Source of the DNA: an uncultured Acidobacteriaceae bacterium
Lineage (GTDB): Bacteria; Acidobacteriota; Terriglobia; Terriglobales; Acidobacteriaceae
NCBI GenBank assembly: GCA_963724855.1
Contig: CAVRWH010000008.1
Coordinates: 1,360 to 65,359, forward strand
DNA: 64,000 bases
Direction of reading: 5' to 3'
Within the stretch, counting starts at the first letter, position 1; every line of letters starts with the position of its first letter. The translations under genes were made by a program, and so were the position numbers. A model generated the notes under the pieces. It did no database searches, was not told the origin of the DNA, and was given only the letters and a program-made list of their open reading frames with translations. Positions 9,741 through 18,864 of the stretch are shown here, in pieces.

Positions 9741-10697
9741 CTAGTAGTTCTTCTTCAGGTCCATGCCGGTGTACAGCGAGGCCACCTGATCGCCGTAGCC
9801 GTTGAACATCAGCGTCGGCCGCTTCGTGAATTCACCGATGCGGCGCTCCTTAGCCTGGCTCCAGCGGGGATGATCGACGTTGGGGTTTACGTTGGAATAG
9901 AAGCCGTATTCACTTGGCGCGGCTTTCGTCCAAGCGGAGGTGGGCTCGTAGTTCACGAGCTTAATTTTAACGATGGCCTTAATGCCCTTGAATCCATATT
10001 TCCACGGGACCACGAGGCGCACGGGCGCGCCGTCCTGATTGGGCAACGTCTCGCCGTAGAGGCCGACAGCGAGAATAGTCAGGGGGTGCATGGCCTCGTC
10101 CATGCGCAAGCCCTCAACGTAGGGCCAGTCGAGCACGTTGCGTTGTTGGCCGGGAAAGCGCTTGGGGTCATAAAGGGCAGTGAACTCGACGAACTTGGCC
10201 TTAGAATTCGGCTGCACTTCGTTGAGCAGGGCGCTTAGCGGTATGCCGATCCACGGGATCACCATCGACCATCCCTCGACACAGCGCATGCGATAGATGC
10301 GCTCCTGCAATTGCATTTTCAGCAGGGAGTCGATGTCGAAAGTCCTGGGCTTGTTGGCGAGACCTTCGACTTTGACGGACCACGGGCGCGGATTGAAGTT
10401 CTTCGCCAACTCCGCCGGCTCGTATTTGTCGGTGCTGAATTCGTAATAATTGTTGTAGTGCGTGATGTCGTTGAAGGGCGTCTGTTTTTCGGAAGTGCTG
10501 AACTGGCTCTGCGTGTATTGCAGTTTGGTTCCGGCAAGCGCTGCCTGCGAGGGCGACATAATTTCGCTCAATGCGCCACCGGCGGCGACGGCCGCGGCCA
10601 GCGCGCCGGCGCCGCCGAGAAACTTGCGGCGGGTGAGATAAAGGCCCTGGGGAGTGATCTCCGACGAGGCAATATCTGACGGCTTCTTGATAAACAT
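9741..10697 (-). CDS. msrP: protein-methionine-sulfoxide reductase catalytic subunit MsrP (YedY, molybdopterin)
   Basis: Twin-arginine signal [20 protein letters not shown]. Oxidoreductase-molybdopterin core motifs ([36 protein letters not shown]). Confidence 0.9.
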   Translation of the reverse strand: MFIKKPSDIASSEITPQGLYLTRRKFLGGAGALAAAVAAGGALSEIMSPSQAALAGTKLQYTQSQFSTSEKQTPFNDITHYNNYYEFSTDKYEPAELAKNFNPRPWSVKVEGLANKPRTFDIDSLLKMQLQERIYRMRCVEGWSMVIPWIGIPLSALLNEVQPNSKAKFVEFTALYDPKRFPGQQRNVLDWPYVEGLRMDEAMHPLTILAVGLYGETLPNQDGAPVRLVVPWKYGFKGIKAIVKIKLVNYEPTSAWTKAAPSEYGFYSNVNPNVDHPRWSQAKERRIGEFTKRPTLMFNGYGDQVASLYTGMDLKKNY

Positions 10698-10950
10698 GAA
10701 CGGCTCCCGTTTGCTTTCTTGCTTTCGACGATCTACTTATCATTCGTATTGATTCGCCAGTTTGGATTTTGATACAGCCGGATGCCATGAAGTTTTCGCG
10801 TGAGTTACGCAACAGGGAATGTCCCCTAAGCGAACCAGGCACGAAAGGGCGCCATTCGGCGGGCAACTGTGCAATCGCCGGAACAAAAGCCGCCTGTCCT
10901 GCGTACACCTTACTAATCCAGCGTTAAGATGGGTACAGGAGGGGACTGCC

Positions 10951-11469
10951 ATGAAGCTGAGCCAGCGGATGTTACTACTTTGCGCCCTATTATTCGTGAT
11001 GATCGCTCCGACTCTCCTGTTCGCCAAGTCGGGCCAGAGTGACCGGGTGCAGTTTTTCCAGAACATCAACGTCGCACCCGACGAGCAAGTTGGGGACGTG
11101 GTGTGCATGTTGTGCTCGATCCATATGGCAGGGACAACTTCGGGCGACACCGTGGCGATCCTGGGCAGCGTCGAAGTGGACGGCACGGCCGCCGGGGACG
11201 TGGTAGCGGTTGGCGGCAGCATCAAGCTGGGCGAAGACGCCAAGGTTAGCGGCGACACCGTCGGATTGGGCGGAGGCGTGATTCGCCATCCCAACGCTGT
11301 GGTGAAGGGCGATGTTGTGAGCCAAGCCAACGCGGGTGTGTTCGTGGCACTCGTTCTGGGGTTGGTCGTCGTGCCGCTGCTGCCGATCATCCTCATTATC
11401 TGGTTAGTGGTGTGGCTGGTGCGGCGCGACCGCGCTGTGGCGCCTGCGCCGGCCGGATACCGACGCTAG
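10951..11469 (+). CDS. exported, C-terminally membrane-anchored beta-helix repeat protein (bactofilin/DUF583-like)
   Basis: ATG 10951 is preceded by AGGAGGGG. Signal peptide MKLSQRMLLLCALLFVMIAPTLLFA. Repeats GDVV...G.V.V.G...GDVVAVGGSIKLGEDAKVSGDTVGLGGGV. C-terminal TM VFVALVLGLVVVPLLPIILIIWLVVWLV. The ORF opens at 10819, but that N-terminal stretch looks non-coding. Confidence 0.45.
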   Translation: MKLSQRMLLLCALLFVMIAPTLLFAKSGQSDRVQFFQNINVAPDEQVGDVVCMLCSIHMAGTTSGDTVAILGSVEVDGTAAGDVVAVGGSIKLGEDAKVSGDTVGLGGGVIRHPNAVVKGDVVSQANAGVFVALVLGLVVVPLLPIILIIWLVVWLVRRDRAVAPAPAGYRR

Positions 11470-11663
11470 CATGGGATTCGTTCTGTCTTCTGCGGTTCGA
11501 TGCAACAGTTGTTGTGTTTTGATACGGCCGTTCGCATCACACTAAGATGTGCATTTCGTCACCGCATAGCTAACTCCAAAATGCTAGTTTTTCAACTCTG
11601 ACACTGGGCTTGCAGTCGTGCGTCTTCTGACGCAGATTGCCAAGGCAGTCGAGTGGAGGTTCG

Positions 11664-13286
<1,623 letters not shown>

Positions 13287-13317
13287 GCGGCTCGGAATCA
13301 CCGCACTCCAGCCGGGA

Positions 13318-14619
13318 TCAGTCTATGCGAAAGAGACTTTCCCACGATTCGTCGAGCTTGCTCCAGCGGTCCTCATCGAGGGCATTCTCAGGCGAGTTGG
13401 GCAGGTACAGCACCCCGTGGCCGTCAGGACAAACCAATTCCGTTCCTGCCCAGTTCAAGAGAATAGAGCCGGTGCGGCCGATTTCAACCGGAAGTTCGAG
13501 CCGACGCAGGCAGGCGCGACACCGGCTGCGCTGATCGCTCACCGACCATGACAGGGCCACAATGGCCAGCGGCAAGTAGAGCCAAATGGAGTATTCATCG
13601 GCCATGGGGTACGTCGATCCGGCCGCCCAGGTTGTAATCCAATGGACCAGCGCCCATGCTAGTTCCGCCACCAGTATTGCCAGTAGAGACGATTTGACCG
13701 CGAAGAAGCCGAGCCAGCGTGCGCGGGATCGGACGCCGTCCGGCAAGCGGCCCATGCGATGTGAAGCCTGCCGCAGGCCTACAACCAGAGCAGCACTGGC
13801 CGTGGCCAGCAGGAAGAACCATAGCAGGCTGGTAAGACTGCGATGGATTTGCGAGGCGAGGGTTTCAACCTTTAATTGCGACGCAGGATGGACGTAGCCC
13901 GCGCTCTCGGTGAGATCGGAGAGATCGCGCTGCAGGGCGGCCGGAGTTGTGTCTCCGCGCAGACGGGCCACGGCTCCCACGCGGCGCTGAAAGTTGGTGA
14001 ATAACATCACAGGATCGATGAGCCCCCACACAGAGACCCCCGGCGAGAGCAAGCGGAAGCGGTAGGGCAGGACTCCGATGACGGTTCGCGGCACGCCGTT
14101 GAGGACTACCGGCTTGCCGAGGATGTTCGGATCGGCGTGGAGCTCGTGTTGCCAGAGTTGGAAGCTCAATATCACGCAATCGGGGCAGTCGCGCAGGTCG
14201 CCGGGAGTGAACACGCGCCCCGCAGCAGCTTCGACCCCAAGAGTGCGAAAGAAAACCGTGCCGACTCGGGCGGCAGCCACCGGAAGGTCGCGGCTGGACA
14301 GCAGGAGATGCGCAGGCGCCCATGAAAATGGCGTCAGTCCTTCCGCCAACTTGGATTTTCCCCAGATGCCGGCTAGGTCGACGAGTGTGTCGGAGCGGGT
14401 GCGGCTGTAGTTGCCGTTGATGCCGCTACCGTCAAGCGTGATGGTGACAACGCGGTCGGCGTCGGGCACCGGGGAGGAGAAGGCGGTCCGGGCGGCGGGT
14501 ACGACGCCGCTGCCCGCTGTCATCAGCGCCGCAGCGACACTTAAGGTGACGAACAGCGCCGGCGGAGAGCCGAGTAATTTGCGAGACTTCGCGCGCGAAA
14601 TGTCGGGGTCGAAACGCAA
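13318..14619 (-). CDS. MacB/ADOP-like membrane protein (periplasmic MacB_PCD-like domain, 4 TM) with a C-terminal CxxC...CxxxH zinc-ribbon-like tail; N-terminus uncertain
   Basis: The FLEAFW..SRKLLGSPPALFVTLSVAAAL junction is typical of ADOP/MacB permease N-termini. The extracytoplasmic domain is about 220 aa (GVEAAAGRVFTPGD, ILGKPVVLNGVPRTVIGVLP), followed by three further TM helices. The tail is CRACLRRLELPVEIGRTGSILLNWAGTELVCPDGH. The start is TTG at 14619. ORF fragments upstream (to ATG 14845) sit in other frames and may be a frameshifted N-terminal extension. Confidence 0.55.
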   Translation of the reverse strand: MRFDPDISRAKSRKLLGSPPALFVTLSVAAALMTAGSGVVPAARTAFSSPVPDADRVVTITLDGSGINGNYSRTRSDTLVDLAGIWGKSKLAEGLTPFSWAPAHLLLSSRDLPVAAARVGTVFFRTLGVEAAAGRVFTPGDLRDCPDCVILSFQLWQHELHADPNILGKPVVLNGVPRTVIGVLPYRFRLLSPGVSVWGLIDPVMLFTNFQRRVGAVARLRGDTTPAALQRDLSDLTESAGYVHPASQLKVETLASQIHRSLTSLLWFFLLATASAALVVGLRQASHRMGRLPDGVRSRARWLGFFAVKSSLLAILVAELAWALVHWITTWAAGSTYPMADEYSIWLYLPLAIVALSWSVSDQRSRCRACLRRLELPVEIGRTGSILLNWAGTELVCPDGHGVLYLPNSPENALDEDRWSKLDESWESLFRID

Positions 14620-15147
14620 CCAAAAGGCCTCGAGGAAATAGATGCCAGCAGGAGCGGGCGATCAGTACACGATTCTGCGACGTGAGTTGTCCCGACTCGG
14701 AGAGAAAGTTGCACCAGTGCCAGAACCGCTGATGCTGCTGAGAGCGCCATGCTGTGCGGTTGGTTTGCGGAACCAGCCAGGCGGAGGTCCAGACCATCGC
14801 CTGGCATCGCCAGAGCGTGGAGCGCAAACCGTCTGAAAAACTCATCGCGCCGCTCCTCACCCAACGCCAACGGACAGCGGATGCCCGTTATTTTATTCCA
14901 ATTTCTATGATTCTCAGACACTCGGCGGAGTGGCGAAGTTCCAAGGTCAGTCGGGTGCCGTGTCAGCTACAACATCCCTAATGGTTTTGAGTTATTGTTC
15001 GCTGGTTTTGAAACCTTTGTAATCGATAAACCGCAGCGCGCCGCGGGAAAGCTTGCGGGGTTTCGGAGACGGTAGGGGTGCCGTTGCGGCTGGGGAGCGT
15101 GCCCGTCAAGGTGATCGTTTCCTGCCGAGTTTTCGAAGACAAATATA

Positions 15148-15181
15148 GGCATACGGGCGCGGTGGATTTGGCCCGTATGCC
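15148..15181. repeat. perfect 11-bp inverted repeat in a long intergenic gap
   Basis: GGCATACGGGC (15148-15158) / GCCCGTATGCC (15171-15181) with a 12-nt spacer. The minus-strand 3' flank is T-rich (TATATTTGTCTTC). Confidence 0.5.
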
Positions 15182-15366
15182 AGCGGCAAGCCTGCTTGCG
15201 GCGGCCGAGCTCGTAGGGGCGAATCGCGTTGGTTTGACTGGCGCGAAAAATCGCCGGTATGCGCCAGTGTGCGAAGGATGTGGGGAACATGCAATCCGGA
15301 TGGGGAGTGATGGCGAACCTTATAATCAAGGTTACTCTCGCCATCGATCCTGAGGAGAAAGCCTGA

Positions 15367-18300
15367 ATGCATGCACCACTACGCCGGTTCGTGACCGGTG
15401 TTATCGCCTACTGTCTGCTGAGCGCCGCCGGATGGGCGGACACACCCCAAGTTCGGGCCGAAGCGGCCAAGCTCAACAACCTGGGCGTTGCCATGATGAA
15501 CCAGCAACTGATGGAAAAGGCGACCGCCAAGTTCGACGAAGCATACAAGCTCGATCCCTCTCTGGCTGTGGCTGCGTTAAATAAGGGAATCGCCCTGCTG
15601 AATCAGCAGCGATTGCCCGAGGCTGAAGAAGCATTGCGTCAGGCGGAAGCGAAAGACCCAGACAATCCGCGGGTCTGGTACAACCTCGGGCTGGTCAATC
15701 GCGGGTCGGGAAACACAGCCGAAGCGATCAGCGACTTCCAGAAGGTGCTGAAGATCGATCCCACCGATCCCGATGCCTACTATTTTCTCGGGACGTTTTA
15801 CAGCCAGCAGCAGGAATATGCCAAGGCCATCGATGCCTTCCAGCAGGCGCTGAAGATCAACCCGCTGCACGCCTCTGCGGAATTTGGATTGGGACGCGCG
15901 CTGCAGCGTTCGGGTCAGCCCGACGAAGCGCGGGTACACCTGAAGCGCTTTGAATACCTGACGCACAACAAAATTTCTTCGGCGATCACGCTGACCTACG
16001 GCGAGCAGGGGAAGTACTCGGTGGCTCAGGACGTGATCACCAACGACCCGAGCGTGGGGCCGATGATTCCGGTGACGTTCGTGGCGCAGGCGCTGGGGAA
16101 GGGCGGCCTACACCCCGGGCAGGCGGCTGACGGACTAATAAGAATGTCCGGCGGCGGCGTGTGCCTTCTGGATGTTGACGGAGATGGCAAACTGGACGTT
16201 ATTTCGATGAGCCCGCAAGCGCCGCCCGTTCAGGTGTTTCGCAACCTGGGTAACGGCGAATGGAAGTTGCTGGGCGCGCTGGATACGGGTTTTCCAGCTA
16301 CGGGCACCGGCGTTTCGTGTGCCGTGGGCGACTATGACAACGACGGCAAGAACGACATTGCGATTGCGCTGAGTGACCGCATGGTGTTGTTCCACAATGA
16401 CGGTGGCGGCAAGTTTACCGACGTGACCGCGAAAGTTGGCATCACTTCACTCAACCAGCCTGCGGGTATGACGTGGGTGGACTACGACCACGACGGAGAC
16501 CTTGATCTGATTGTTACCGGCCAGCAGATCGCTGGGTTGAAGGACTCGACGAACAACGTCGTGTGGCGCAACAACGGCAACGGTACGTTTACGAATTGGA
16601 CGAAGGAGACTGGACTTGCGGGGGACGGCGCGACGACGAGCGTTGTTTTGTCGGACATTAACAATGACCGCGCAGTAGATTTATTGGTGACCGGAGCCAA
16701 CGCCGCGCCCACGGTTTATTTGAACCAGCGCGAAGGGCCTTTCAAGGCGATGCCGCTTTACGACGCGGCCGGACTCGCACCCACAACCGGCGTTTACATT
16801 CTCGACTACAACAAAGACGGCTGGATGGACGTGGCCCTTACCCATGCAGGTGCGCCGGGAGTGAGCCTTTGGCGCAACGTTGATGGAACGAAGTTCGAGC
16901 GCGTGAAGCTGCCCATCACTGACGCGACAAAGGGCTGGGGTATCACTGCCCTCGACTTCGACAACGATGGCTGGATCGATATCGCCGCGGTGGTCGAGAC
17001 GGCAAACGGCGCCGAGGTTGCGCGCCTTCCGCAATAAAGCCGCTCTAGGGTTCGAAGATGTCAGTGCGACGCTCGGGCTTGAAGAAGCTGAAGCTGCACG
17101 ATCCGCGAGCGGTGTTTGCCGCCGATCTCGACAATGATCTTGCAGCGGACCTCCTGGTAACGCAACTGGGGGGCGACCCAGTCGTACTCCACAACCAGGG
17201 CGGCAACAAGAACCACGCGCTGCGCATCGACTTCAAGGGTTTGGCGGACAACAAGACTGGCTTGGGGACAAAGGTCGAGGTCTTCTCTAACGGCACATGG
17301 CAGAAGTTTGAGGTTGCGGGCGGCGCGGGTTACCTGAGCCAGGGGCCGCCGGAAGTGCTCGCAGGGCTGGGCCAAAACACTAACGCCGACATCGTGCGAA
17401 TGCTGTGGCCCACGGGCGTGCTGCAAGACGAAATTGACGTTGCGGTGAACAAGCCGGCCTCGTTCCTGGAGCTCGACCGGCGCGGCAGTTCTTGTCCGAC
17501 GCTCTTCGCTTGGAACGGCGAGAAGTACGAGTTCGTCACCGACGTGATCGGCGCAGCCGTGATTGGACATTGGATTTCTCCCACATCGACGAACACGCCA
17601 GATCCTGACGAGTGGGTGAAGATCGACGGTACCAAGCTTCGCGCCAAAGACGGCTACCTGAGCGTGCGCTTCGGCGAGCCGATGGAGGAAGTGAACTACA
17701 TCGATCAACTGCGCATGGTGGCGGTGGACCATCCGGCGGACCTCGATGTTTATCCCGACGAACGCTTCCTTGACGACCCGCCATTCGCCAGCGGCAAAAC
17801 GGTGGCAACCTCGCAGCCGCATCCTCCGGTGGGCGCGTGGGACGGCCAGGGCCATGACGTGCTGCAATTGCTGAGCGCGCGCGATCACCAGTATGTTCGC
17901 GATTTCACCAACCTGCCTTACGCGGGCTTTGCCAATACCCACTCGCTGACGCTCGACCTCGGCGGGTGGACACCGCAGCAGCCGCTGCGGCTGTTCCTGA
18001 GCGGCTTTATCGAATATTTCAGCGCAACCTCGATGTATGCCGCATGGCAGGCGGGCCTGAAGCCAATCTCGCCATTCATCGAAGCGCAAATGCCCGACGG
18101 CAGCTGGAAACGGGTGGTCGATGAGATGGGATTCCCGGCGGGACTGCCGCGCACCATCGCGGTTGATCTGACCGGCAAGTTGCCGGCGGGAGCGCAGAAG
18201 ATCCGCATCACCTCGAACCTGCAGATTTATTGGGACGAAGTGCTGGTCGACAACGGGCCTGCGCGCGAGAGGGACGTGCGCACCACTGAGTTACCACTGG

Positions 18301-18831
18301 CAGCGGCGACGCTGGGCTTCCGCGGCTATCCGCGGCAAGTGGACGGCGCCACGCCCGGCGACCTGACCTACCGCTACGAAGAAGCCAGCATGACGGGGCC
18401 TTTCTCACGCTTCCGCGGTAGCTATACCGAGTACGGTGACGTGACGCCGCTGCTTACGTCGATCGACAACCAGTTTGCGATCTTCGGTACGGGCGAGGAC
18501 ATCGACGCCGAGTTCGACACTGCAGCGCTGCCAGCGCTGCCCAAGGGATGGAAGCGCGACTATTTCTTCTACGCCAACGGCTTCGTCAAGGACATGGATT
18601 TCTACGAGGCGATTCCGTTCACGGTCGCTGAGATGCCGTTCCATGGCATGAGCACGTATCCCTATCCCGCGACGCAGCACTACCCCGACGACCCACACGC
18701 CAACGGCTATCGCTTCGAGTGGAACGACCGCTTCGTGTCAGGCGCGAGCAAGGCGCTGGGCTATCGCTTCGTGTACGAGCAAGCGGACGATCGATCCCGA
18801 GCCGCTGACCCCGCACAAGAATTCACACTGA
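15367..18831 (+). pseudogene. TPR + FG-GAP/VCBS + UnbV/ASPIC (CRTAC1-family) protein with a long C-terminal extension; 2-3 apparent frameshifts
   Basis: Signal peptide, then TPRs (residues about 30-190). DxDxDG loops: LLDVDGDGKLDVI, VGDYDNDGKNDIAI, WVDYDHDGDLDLIV, ILDYNKDGWMDVAL, ALDFDNDGWIDIAA, AADLDNDLAADLLV. UnbV-like module: NHALRIDFKGLADNKTGLGTKVEVFSNG..GAGYLSQG. The link between ORF 15367-17037 and ORF 17058-19352 runs through a third frame (LRAFRNKAALGFEDVSATLGL), with shifts near 17010-17020 and 17072-17082. After about 18790 the ORF becomes R/G/A-rich and overlaps the next gene, so the true stop is probably 18806-18831. Confidence 0.75.
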
Positions 18832-18864
18832 CGACGTGCGCTCTGGAGGCGCCACCGGACAAGA

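Noticed and set aside
14960-15345. A frameshifted PadR-family regulator on the minus strand upstream of the MacB/ADOP-like gene.
   Set aside because: Only weak, short resemblances appeared in different frames (e.g. HILRTLAH, YRL-type fragments). No continuous winged-helix sequence could be assembled.
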